A DNA stretch of 64,000 nt from an uncultured Solirubrobacteraceae bacterium (GTDB lineage Bacteria > Actinomycetota > Thermoleophilia > Solirubrobacterales > Solirubrobacteraceae), in contig CAWERW010000008.1 in the NCBI GenBank assembly GCA_963811595.1, positions 374,965 to 438,964 on the forward strand, given 5' to 3'. The position numbers and the translations under genes are program-made. Of this stretch, positions 49,036-57,402 are shown one piece after another. The stretch's first letter is position 1, and every line of letters starts with the position of its first letter. The notes beneath the pieces are model-generated. The model worked only from the letters and a program-made list of their open reading frames with translations, had not been told where the DNA came from and ran no database searches.

Positions 49036-49800
49036 ATGCCCTCAGTCCGCGTCTCCGCCCAGATCCAGCCCCAGCACTCCGACTGGCCCGCGATGCGCCG
49101 CGCGTGGGCCGACGCCGAGGCGCTCGGCGTCGACTGCCTGTTCAACTGGGACCACTTCTTCCCGCTGCGCGGCGAGCCCGAGGGCAAGCACTTCGAGTGC
49201 CTGACCGTGCTCGGCGCGATGGCCGAGGTGACCGAGCGCGTCGAACTCGGCTCGCTCGTGATCTGCAACGCCTACCGCAACCCCGAGTACCTGGCCGACG
49301 CCCACCGCACGCTCGACCACATCTCGGGCGGGCGCGCCATCCTCGGCATCGGCGCGGGCTGGTTCCGGAAGGACTTCGACGAGTACGGCTACGACTTCGG
49401 GACGGTCGGCACGCGGCTGACCGCGCTCGAGGAGGCGCTGCCGCGGATCGAGCGCCGGCTCGGCCGGCTCAACCCGCCGCCGCTCCGCGACATGCCGGTC
49501 CTCATCGGCGGCGGCGGCGTCAAGCGCACGCTCAAGCTCGTCGCCCGCCACGGCGACATCTGGCACGCGTTCGGCGACATCGACGTGTTCCGCGAGAAGA
49601 ACGCGATCCTCGACGAGCACTGCGCCGCCGAAGGACGCGACCCGGCGGAGATCGAGCGCTCGTGGAACGGGGCCAACGGGCAGTGGGACGAGTTCCGCGA
49701 GGCCGGCGTCACCCATTTCATCATCGGCATCACCGGCAGCGACTCCGGCTACGACCTCGGGCCGCTGCGCGAGCTCGTGCAGTGGCGAGACGCGCTGTGA
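49036..49800 (+). CDS. LLM-class (luciferase-like) F420/flavin-dependent oxidoreductase
   Basis: ..LGSLVICNAYRNPEYLA..LDHISGGRAILGIGAGW..LIGGGG.KRTL.LVARHGD.W... Confidence 0.8.
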   Translation: MPSVRVSAQIQPQHSDWPAMRRAWADAEALGVDCLFNWDHFFPLRGEPEGKHFECLTVLGAMAEVTERVELGSLVICNAYRNPEYLADAHRTLDHISGGRAILGIGAGWFRKDFDEYGYDFGTVGTRLTALEEALPRIERRLGRLNPPPLRDMPVLIGGGGVKRTLKLVARHGDIWHAFGDIDVFREKNAILDEHCAAEGRDPAEIERSWNGANGQWDEFREAGVTHFIIGITGSDSGYDLGPLRELVQWRDAL

Positions 49801-49875
49801 TCGACGAGAGCACCGCGAGGCGAAGCCGGTGACGAGCCGCCCGGTGCGGATCGAGCTGACGAAGCTGCGCGGCCA

Positions 49876-51639
49876 CTAGACCTCCGGAAGCCACACGCGC
49901 ATGGTGCAGAGGCCGCGGTTGCCCCACGCGTGGTAGGGGATGAAGGTGAGGGGCGCGCTCGACGCGCCCACGGCCTCGACGGCGACGGCGCTGCCGAGCA
50001 CCCCGCCGGGCACGTGCTCGGTGAGCGCATCCGTCGGCTCCGCCGCGACGGAATCCAGCTCGGTCCCGGCGGGCTGGTCCGTCGACTCGACGCAGTAGAC
50101 GAGCGGCCCGCGCTCGAGCGCCACGCAACCGCGGACGGCGTCGATGCGCGGGTCCGGGCGAGTCCAGCGGGCGCGGACGGGGAGCTCCAGGCGGACCTCG
50201 TCGCCCGCCTGCCACGGCCCCTCGGCCGTCGCGTAGCCGGCGCCCACGCGCCGCCGCTCGCCGCGGTCGACCAGCACCCCCTCCCCCGCCCAGGCCGGCA
50301 CGCGCAGGCTCAGCCGCCACGACCCCGGCTCCTCGACGCGCACGACCACCTCGCCGCTCCAGGGGTAGTCGGTCTGCACGCGCAACGCCGCCCTCGAGCC
50401 GCCGGCCAGCGGCGCGCGCACGGCGCACGAGACGAGCTGATGCAGCTGCACGCCGGTGCCGTCCGTCGTCGCGACGTAGCCGCCGAGGCTCGCGAGCGTG
50501 CGCGCGACGTTGGTCGGGCAGCAGGCGACGTGGAACCACGGCGCCCGCAGGCTCGACGCCGCGCGCGAGCTCTCGGCGTCCGGGTCGGGCGCCTCGCCCG
50601 GCACCCGCTGCTGGAGCGGGTTCGCGTAGAAGAAGCCGCTGCCGTCGAGCGCCGGCGAGGTGGCCACGACGTTGAGCAGCGTGCGCTCGGCGAGGTCGGC
50701 GTAGCGCGCCTCCCCCGTGGCCAGCAGCAGCCGCCACGCCAGCTGGACGGAGGCCACGCCCGCGCAGGTCTCCGAGTACGCGCGGTCGGGCGGCAGCTCG
50801 AAGTCCTCCCCGAACGACTCGCCGGCGTGCCGCGAGCCCATCCCGCCGGTCAGGTACGTGCGCCGCGCGATCGTGCGCTCCCACTGGCCGACGATCGCCG
50901 CGAGCAGCTCATCGTCGCCCGTCTCGGTCGCCACGTCGACGGCGCCGCCGGCCAGGTACAGCGCGCGCACGGCGTGGCCGCGGAAGGCCGGCGCCTCGCG
51001 GATCGGCATGTCGTCCTGGTAGTACGCGCGGCCGCGCTCGCCGTCGGCGAGCGCCGGGCGCCCGCGCCGCTCGACGAAGCGGCTCGCCTGGTCCAGGTAG
51101 CGCCGCTCGCCGGTCGCGCGATACAGCTCGACGAGCGCCATCTCGATCTCCGGATGTCCGCAGACCCCCTGGTTGCCGTCCGGCCCGAACGTCTCGCAGA
51201 CGTGGTCGGCCGCGCGCACCGCGATCTCCGTCAGCCGGTCCTCCCCGCGCGTGCGCAGCCGCGCGACGGCGGCCTGGATCAGGTGGCCATAGCAGTAGAG
51301 CTCGTGCCCCCATTCGAGGTCGGTGTAGCGGTGCTCGCGGCCGCGATGCCCGAAGCGCGTGTTGAGGTAGCCGTCCTCCTCCTGGGCGTGCGACGCCTCC
51401 GCCGCGATCTCCTCGATCACGTCGTCGAGCCCGCTGTCGCCGTCGCGGCCCGCCTCCCAGGCCATCGCCTCGACGAGCTTGTAGACGTCGGAGTCGGCGA
51501 ACTCGCGCCCGCGCTCGCCGTGCGGGTCGCGGAAGTTCTCGATCCAGCCGAGCCGCCGCTCCCAGCCGAGGCAGTGCGGGATGATCGCCTCCGCGTTGAG
51601 CGCCTGGCGATCGCCCCAGAAGCCGGGGCCGAGGCGCAC
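49876..51639 (-). CDS. glycoside hydrolase family 127 (DUF1680, beta-L-arabinofuranosidase-like); start uncertain
   Basis: ..WGHELYCYGHLIQAAVA.. and ..FHVACCPTNVARTLASL.. (CCxxN Zn/nucleophile motif). GTG 51639 is the first plausible start after the upstream stop at 51701, but it leaves a very short N-terminus. Confidence 0.75.
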   Translation of the reverse strand: MRLGPGFWGDRQALNAEAIIPHCLGWERRLGWIENFRDPHGERGREFADSDVYKLVEAMAWEAGRDGDSGLDDVIEEIAAEASHAQEEDGYLNTRFGHRGREHRYTDLEWGHELYCYGHLIQAAVARLRTRGEDRLTEIAVRAADHVCETFGPDGNQGVCGHPEIEMALVELYRATGERRYLDQASRFVERRGRPALADGERGRAYYQDDMPIREAPAFRGHAVRALYLAGGAVDVATETGDDELLAAIVGQWERTIARRTYLTGGMGSRHAGESFGEDFELPPDRAYSETCAGVASVQLAWRLLLATGEARYADLAERTLLNVVATSPALDGSGFFYANPLQQRVPGEAPDPDAESSRAASSLRAPWFHVACCPTNVARTLASLGGYVATTDGTGVQLHQLVSCAVRAPLAGGSRAALRVQTDYPWSGEVVVRVEEPGSWRLSLRVPAWAGEGVLVDRGERRRVGAGYATAEGPWQAGDEVRLELPVRARWTRPDPRIDAVRGCVALERGPLVYCVESTDQPAGTELDSVAAEPTDALTEHVPGGVLGSAVAVEAVGASSAPLTFIPYHAWGNRGLCTMRVWLPEV

Positions 51640-51700
51640 GTCGCCGATGCCCAGCGGCCGCAGGGCGCCCGCGCCGGGCGTGACGGGGGCTCCGGTCGCC

Positions 51701-53290
51701 TCAGCCAGCGAGCGCGCGCTCCACGATCGTGGTGCCGTCGATCCCGCGCGGGAGCGTGCCGAACACGCGGCCACGCGCGTCGCCGAGCCGGCCGGCGCAG
51801 AACGCGTCGGCGACCGCGGGCGGCGCGTGGCGCACCAGCAGGGAGGCCTGGAAGGCGACCGCGAGGTCCTCGACCGCACGGCGGGCGAGCCACTGCGCGT
51901 CGTCGCCGGCAAGCTCGCCCAGGCTCGCGGGCAGCGCATCGAGGTGGGCGTCGAGCCGCGCGTCGCCGCCGCGCGCGAGCTCGCACTCGGCGAGGAAGGC
52001 GGGCAGCCCCTCGGGCTCGCGCGCGAGCGCGCGCAGGACGTCGAGGCTCATGACGTTGCCCGAGCCCTCCCAGATCCCGTTCAGCGGCGCGTCGCGCAGG
52101 AGCTGGGGCATCGGGCTCTCCTCGACGTAGCCGTTGCCGCCCAGGCACTCGAGCGCCTCGACGGCGTGCGGCGTCGCGCGCTTGCAGATCCAGTACTTGA
52201 GCACCGCGGTGGCGAAGCGCCGGAGTCGGTTGTCCTCCTCGTCGTACGCGCGCGCGAGCCGCAGCGCGGTCGCGGTGGCCGCCTCCGACTCGATCGCGAG
52301 GTCGGCGAGCACGTTGATCATCAGCGGCTGGTCGGCGAGCTTCGCGCCGAACGCGGAGCGCCCGCGCGCATGGTTGACCGCCTCGGCGACGCCGCGGCGC
52401 ATCCCGGCGGCGCTGCCGATCACGCAGTCCAGGCGCGTGTGGGTGACCATCTCGATGATCGTCGGCACGCCGCGGCCCTCCTCCCCCAGCCGGCGCGCGG
52501 CGACCCCGCGGAACTCGACCTCGGAGGACGGCAGCGAGCGCGTGCCGAGCTTGTCCTTCAGCCGCTGCAGCTCGAAGCCCGGGCCGGGCTCGACCAGGAA
52601 GCACGTGAGGCCGGCGGGGAGCTGGGCCAGCACGAGGAAGACGTCGCACATCGGCGCCGAGCAGAACCACTTGTGGCCGGTGATCTCGTACACGCCCTCG
52701 CCGGCCGGCTCGGCGCGGGTCGTGTTGGCGCGCACGTCGGAGCCGCCCTGCTTCTCGGTCATCGCCATGCCGGAGAGCGCGCCGCGCTCGTAGTCCGGGA
52801 GCGTCAGCCGCGGCTCCCACTCCGCCGCCAGCGCGGGGTCGCGGCGCAGCGCGGGAATCGCCGAGTACGTCATCGAGACGGGGCACATCACGCCCGCGTT
52901 GGCCTGCGACCAGAGGCTGAAGAGCGCAGCTCTCGCCACATGCGCTCCCGGGCGCTGCTCGCGCCACGGCAGCGCATGGATCTCGCGCTCGACGGCGCCG
53001 CGCAGCAGCCAGTGCCACGACGGGTCGAGGTCGACCTGATCGACACGGCGCCCGTAGCGGTCGTGCGTGACGAGGCGGGGCGCGTTGCGCTCGGCGCGGC
53101 GGCCGTGCTCCTGCGCCTCCGCCGAGCCGGCGACCGCGCCGGTGTCGCGCGCGCGGTCGAGCGCCCAGGCGGCGCCCTCGCGCTCGAGCGCCTCCCGCAG
53201 CGGGAGGTCGGCCTCGAAGAAGTTGGTCCCCTCCAGCGGGGATGCCTGATTGGCGACCTCGTGGGTCGACCGGCTCCGCATCGTGTCCAC
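51701..53290 (-). CDS. AidB-like acyl-CoA dehydrogenase family protein
   Basis: ..HEVANQASPLEGTNFFEADLPLREAL.., ..MTEKQGGSDVRANTT..ITGHKWFCSAP.. resemble AidB / ACAD N-, middle and C-domains. Confidence 0.8.
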   Translation of the reverse strand: MDTMRSRSTHEVANQASPLEGTNFFEADLPLREALEREGAAWALDRARDTGAVAGSAEAQEHGRRAERNAPRLVTHDRYGRRVDQVDLDPSWHWLLRGAVEREIHALPWREQRPGAHVARAALFSLWSQANAGVMCPVSMTYSAIPALRRDPALAAEWEPRLTLPDYERGALSGMAMTEKQGGSDVRANTTRAEPAGEGVYEITGHKWFCSAPMCDVFLVLAQLPAGLTCFLVEPGPGFELQRLKDKLGTRSLPSSEVEFRGVAARRLGEEGRGVPTIIEMVTHTRLDCVIGSAAGMRRGVAEAVNHARGRSAFGAKLADQPLMINVLADLAIESEAATATALRLARAYDEEDNRLRRFATAVLKYWICKRATPHAVEALECLGGNGYVEESPMPQLLRDAPLNGIWEGSGNVMSLDVLRALAREPEGLPAFLAECELARGGDARLDAHLDALPASLGELAGDDAQWLARRAVEDLAVAFQASLLVRHAPPAVADAFCAGRLGDARGRVFGTLPRGIDGTTIVERALAG

Positions 53291-53300
53291 TGCGGAGAGA

Positions 53301-54962
53301 CTAACCCGGCGGGATGCGCAGGTAGGTCAGTGCGAAGGAGGTGATCTCCTTGAACGCCGGCCCCGCCACGAGGCCGCCGTAGATCTCGCCCTTCGGCTCG
53401 TCGACCATCACGGTCACGAGCAGCTTCGGGTGGCGCGCGGGCGCGAAGCCGACGAAGGAGGCGACGTACTTGTCCTTCGAGTAGCCGCCCGTCACCGGGT
53501 CGGGCTTCTCCGCCGTGCCGGTCTTGCCCGCCAGCTCGTAGCCCTTGATCGCCGCGCCCGTGGCCGTGCCGCCGGGCCCGAGCACGTCCTCGAGCATCTT
53601 GCGCACGGACGCCGCGTTGGCCTCGGAGATCACGCGGCGGCCCTTGTGCGGCGCGGCCTGGCGGCCGTTGACGCGCTCGACGATGTGGGCCGGGCGCAGG
53701 ATGCCGCCGTTGGCGATCGCGGCGTAGGCGACGGCCATCTGCATCGGCGTCACCGCGATGCCCTGCCCGATCGGGAGGTTGCCCATCGAGGCGCCGGAGT
53801 ACTTCGCGAGCGGCAGGACGATGCCGGCCTCCTCGCCCGGGAGGTCGGTGCCGGTCGGCTTGCCGAAGCCGAAGCGGCGCACCCACTGATCGAAGCGCTT
53901 GGCGCCGAGCCCGAGGCCGATCTTGATCGCGCCGACGTTGGAGGACTGCTCGAGGATCTCGCGCGTGTTGAGCGTGACGTGACCGCGCGGGTGCGACTCG
54001 CCGATCTCGCGGTCGTAGAGGCGGATCGTGGGCGGCAGGTTGAACTTCGTCTCCGGCGTGACCTCCTTCTCCTCGAGCGCGCCCGCGACGGTGAACGCCT
54101 TGAACGTCGAGCCGGGCTCGTAGGTGGCGCCGACCGCGCGGTTCTGGCGCGCGTAGTCGGGGGCGTGGCCGGGGTTGTTGGCGTCGACCCGCGGCCAGTT
54201 GGCGAGCGCGAGCAGCGCGCCGTCGCGCGGGTCCATGACGATCGCGGTGGCGCCGCGCGGGCGCCAGGTCTCGCCGACCTCGGCGAGCACCTCCTCGGCC
54301 TTGTCCTGGATCGCCTCGTCGACGGTCAGCGTGACCGTCGAGCCGGGCTTCGTGCGCTTGGTCTCGCGCAGCTCGATCGCCTCGCCGAGCGCGTCCTTGA
54401 CGAGCCGGCGCTCCCCGTCCCGGCCGCGCAGGAGGCCGTCCAGCGAGTACTCGAGGCCCGACAGGCCCTTGCCCTCGGTGCCGATCGTGCCGAGCAGCTG
54501 CGAGGCGAGGAAGTTGCGCGGGTAGGTCCGGCGCGCCTCGGGGATGAACTCGAGCCCCTCGATGTTCATGCGCTCGACGCGGCGCGCGCGGACGGCCGGC
54601 ACGCGGCGGGCGAGGTAGGCGAAGCCGGTGTCGCGGCGGGTGAGCTGGCGCAGCAGCTTGTCCTCGTCGACGCGCAGCGGCCGCGCGAGCTTGGCGGCCA
54701 CCTTCGCCGGGTCCTTGATCAGGTACGGCGTGGCGGCGACCGTCATCGCGGGCTGGGAGACCGCGAGCTCGATCCCGTTGCGGTCGGTGATCGCGCCGCG
54801 GCGGGCGGGGACCGTCACCTGGGCGGTCTGCTGGGTCGCCGCGGCCTTGCGCAGCGCGTCGGCCTTGACCACGCCGAGCCAGCCCGCGCGCACGCCGGCG
54901 AGGGCGAGCATGCCCAGGAAGACCGCGAAGAGGAGGCCGATCCGCCGCTCGATCAGCCGCAC
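53301..54962 (-). CDS. ftsI: peptidoglycan D,D-transpeptidase FtsI (class B PBP)
   Basis: N-terminal TM segment; ..RGAITDRNG..; SxxK = STFK; ..SSN..; ..KTGTA... Confidence 0.9.
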   Translation of the reverse strand: MRLIERRIGLLFAVFLGMLALAGVRAGWLGVVKADALRKAAATQQTAQVTVPARRGAITDRNGIELAVSQPAMTVAATPYLIKDPAKVAAKLARPLRVDEDKLLRQLTRRDTGFAYLARRVPAVRARRVERMNIEGLEFIPEARRTYPRNFLASQLLGTIGTEGKGLSGLEYSLDGLLRGRDGERRLVKDALGEAIELRETKRTKPGSTVTLTVDEAIQDKAEEVLAEVGETWRPRGATAIVMDPRDGALLALANWPRVDANNPGHAPDYARQNRAVGATYEPGSTFKAFTVAGALEEKEVTPETKFNLPPTIRLYDREIGESHPRGHVTLNTREILEQSSNVGAIKIGLGLGAKRFDQWVRRFGFGKPTGTDLPGEEAGIVLPLAKYSGASMGNLPIGQGIAVTPMQMAVAYAAIANGGILRPAHIVERVNGRQAAPHKGRRVISEANAASVRKMLEDVLGPGGTATGAAIKGYELAGKTGTAEKPDPVTGGYSKDKYVASFVGFAPARHPKLLVTVMVDEPKGEIYGGLVAGPAFKEITSFALTYLRIPPG

Positions 54963-54966
54963 GCGA

Positions 54967-55710
54967 CTAGCCGACCGGAGCGGCAGTTGGTGTCGTGCCG
55001 CCCGTGGCTGGATCGGTTTGGGTCGTGGCGGCGGGCGGTGTCGGCGCCGGCGTCACGATCGGCGCGGGTGTGGCGGTCGGTGCGGGAGCGACGGCGGCAG
55101 GCGTGGTGGTGGCCGTCGCCGGGTCCACCACCGGCGCTACGGGCGTCGTCGTCGCCGGCACGACGGCCGCCATCAGCGAGCCGGGCACGATGCCGCCGTT
55201 GGCCATCAGCTCCTTCGCCGCGTCGCTCGGCGCGCGCATGCGGCGCACGGCGCGGCTCGCGTCGCGGCCCGGGCGCACGCGCAGGTAGTGCACGGCACCG
55301 GCGGCGGGCGTGACCATGCCCCGCTTGTCCGCGGCGCTGCGGATGCGCTCGCCGGACGCGAGCCGGGCGATCGTCGCCTCCATGCTCGAGTTCTGGCGCT
55401 CGAGCGTCGTCGTCGTCTCGACCGCGCGCGAGATGCCGGAGTTGAGCTTGAGCAGCGACACCTGCATCGCGACGATCCCCATCAGCGCGACGCCGACGAA
55501 GCAGATCCACACGCGCCCGCGCAGGAGGCGGTCGATGAGGCGGTGGTCAGGGAGCGCGCGCAGGCGCTCGAAGACGCCGGTGACCGGCTTGGGCGCCGGA
55601 ACCGCTCGCGGCTTGGCGACCGGGCCGGAGACGCGGCGCGGGAGCCGCGGAGCGGGCGCGGTGCGCGCGCGGGCGGCGTGGCGGGCGGCGCGTGCGGTGG
55701 CGGCGGCCAT
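54967..55710 (-). CDS. ftsL: cell division protein FtsL-like (TM + coiled coil) with a Pro/Thr/Ala-rich tail
   Basis: ..VWICFVGVALMGIVAMQVSLL.. then ..LERQNSSMEATIARLASGERIRSAADKRGMVTP... ATG 55710 overlaps the rsmH stop (TGATG). Confidence 0.7.
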   Translation of the reverse strand: MAAATARAARHAARARTAPAPRLPRRVSGPVAKPRAVPAPKPVTGVFERLRALPDHRLIDRLLRGRVWICFVGVALMGIVAMQVSLLKLNSGISRAVETTTTLERQNSSMEATIARLASGERIRSAADKRGMVTPAAGAVHYLRVRPGRDASRAVRRMRAPSDAAKELMANGGIVPGSLMAAVVPATTTPVAPVVDPATATTTPAAVAPAPTATPAPIVTPAPTPPAATTQTDPATGGTTPTAAPVG

Positions 55711-56654
55711 CAGGCGGCGGTCTCCAGCTTGCGCGCCGCGCGCATCCGCGCGGACTTCGCGCGCGGGTTGTCGTTGATCTCGCCCGGCGTCGGCACGACG
55801 GAGCGGCGGAACACCGGCTCGGCCTCGGGCGTGCGGCCGCACGCGCAGACCGGCAGGTCGGGCGGGCAGATGCAGCCCTGCAGGCGGTCGGCGAGGAAGC
55901 GCTTGACGCGCCGGTCCTCGAGCGAGTGGAAGGAGATGGCGGCCAGCCGGCCGGTCGGGCGCAGCAGCTCCCACGCCAGCGGCAGCGCCTCGTCGAGCTG
56001 GTCGAGCTCGGCGTTGACGGCGATCCGGATCGCCTGGAACGTGCGCTTCGCGGGATGACCGCCGCCGAACCGGGCGGGCGCGGGGATCGCGGCGGTGATG
56101 GCGTCGACGAGCTCGAACGTCGTCGCGAGCGGCCCGCGCTCGCGGCGGCGCACGATCTCACCGGCGATCCGCTCGGCGTAGCGCTCCTCGCCGTACTGGC
56201 GCAGCGTGCGCGCGAGCTGGCGGCGCTCCCACGTGTTGACGACCTCGGCCGCGGTCAGGTCCTGCTCCGGGTCCATGCGCATGTCGAGCGGCGCGTCGTA
56301 GGCGTAGGAGAACCCGCGCGCGCGAGTGTCGACCTGCATCGAGGACATCCCGAGGTCGAGGTAGACGAGGTCGGCCTCGAAGCCCTCCTCGCGCAGCAGC
56401 TCGAGGCCGTGCGCGAAGTCGGCGCGGATGAAGCGCGTGCGGCACTCGACCTCGGCGGCGAGCTCGGCGAACGCCTCCTCGGCCAGCGGGTCGCGGTCGA
56501 TGCCCACCAGCAGCCCGGCCGGCCCGAGGCGCTCCGCGACCAGGCGGCCGTGGCCGCCCGCGCCGACCGTGCAGTCGACCGCGACCTGGCCCGGCTGCGG
56601 GTCCAGAGCCTCGATCAGCTCCCCGGCGAGGACGGGGACGTGCGTGCGTGGCAT
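55710..56654 (-). CDS. rsmH: 16S rRNA (cytosine1402-N4)-methyltransferase
   Basis: HVPVLAGELIEAL..VDCTVGAGGH..DLGMSSMQVD..FHSLEDR... ATG 56654 lies 1 nt after the mraZ stop; TTG 56672 is the alternative. Confidence 0.9.
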   Translation of the reverse strand: MPRTHVPVLAGELIEALDPQPGQVAVDCTVGAGGHGRLVAERLGPAGLLVGIDRDPLAEEAFAELAAEVECRTRFIRADFAHGLELLREEGFEADLVYLDLGMSSMQVDTRARGFSYAYDAPLDMRMDPEQDLTAAEVVNTWERRQLARTLRQYGEERYAERIAGEIVRRRERGPLATTFELVDAITAAIPAPARFGGGHPAKRTFQAIRIAVNAELDQLDEALPLAWELLRPTGRLAAISFHSLEDRRVKRFLADRLQGCICPPDLPVCACGRTPEAEPVFRRSVVPTPGEINDNPRAKSARMRAARKLETAA

Positions 56655-56655
56655 G

Positions 56656-57090
56656 TCAAGCAGGATGGCCAAGAGAGGAAGTGAGCTCAGGCGCCCGCGC
56701 CGTGAGGTCGGAGTCGTAGTCCTGCCAGGCCGCCAGATCCCACAGCTCCAGCGAGTCCCCCGCGCCCACGATCATCACCTGACGATCGATGCCGGCGTGG
56801 CTGCGATGCCCGGGCGGAAGCATCACGCGCCCCGCGGAGTCGAGCTCGACGTCGGCGGCGTTCCCGTGAAAGAACCGCCGCAGCTCGCGCGCCTCGGGCG
56901 AGAAGGGATTCAGCCCGGCGAGGGCTGCGGTCGTCATCGCCGAATAGGTCTGTTCGGGATACACGCTGATGCAGCGGTCCACGCCCTTGACCAGGAACAC
57001 CGGTCCCGCCAGCTGCGCGCGGAACTTCGACGGCACCGTCAGCCGGTGCTTCGCGTCCAGCGTGTGTTCGAAGTTGCCGTTGAAGGCCAA
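56656..57090 (-). CDS. mraZ: transcriptional regulator MraZ
   Basis: ..FEHTLDAKHRLTVPSKFR.. and ..VELDSAGRVMLP.. (two SpoVT/AbrB-like halves). TTG start at 57090. Confidence 0.9.
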   Translation of the reverse strand: MAFNGNFEHTLDAKHRLTVPSKFRAQLAGPVFLVKGVDRCISVYPEQTYSAMTTAALAGLNPFSPEARELRRFFHGNAADVELDSAGRVMLPPGHRSHAGIDRQVMIVGAGDSLELWDLAAWQDYDSDLTARAPELTSSLGHPA

Positions 57091-57182
57091 GGCTCATGAG
57101 GTCCGTAAGGAGGGAGTCGAGTCGATCCGAGGTGGCGGAGTGGGAGGAGCCCCGCCACCCCGGACCGGCTGTTCCGAGCGGG

Positions 57183-57236
57183 AAGGTACCCCACTCTGTC
57201 CCACTCTGCAACACAATTGTCGTCATTCGTCCCACT
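57183..57236 (-). promoter_or_regulatory. candidate Pmra promoter overlapped by three GTGGG (MraZ-box-like) direct repeats
   Basis: Minus-strand read: TAGTGGGAC ..N.. TTGCAG-AGTGGGACAGAGTGGGG-TACCTT. This gives -35 TTGCAG (57206-57211), a 17-nt spacer and -10 TACCTT (57183-57188). Two GTGGG boxes sit 10 nt apart inside the spacer and a third lies 31 nt upstream. Confidence 0.5.
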
Positions 57237-57402
57237 AAGCTTGAGCGATGTCCGTTCGAGGACCCTTTTTCCCTGCAAATAAGCGGCTTCCTGCGTGGGG
57301 CAGGTTGAGGTCCCAAACCGGGTTCTGAACGCAGGACGTCATGCACGGCGCGCGCCTGCACGACGAATTGCAGTCCGCTGGCCGCCGCCGTACCCTCGTC
57401 TG

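Noticed and set aside
37406-53290. The dcw-cluster insertions as mobile elements, prophage or genomic islands
   Set aside because: I found no integrase, transposase or tRNA gene, and no obvious flanking direct or inverted repeats by eye. I could not run a repeat search, so small target-site duplications cannot be excluded.
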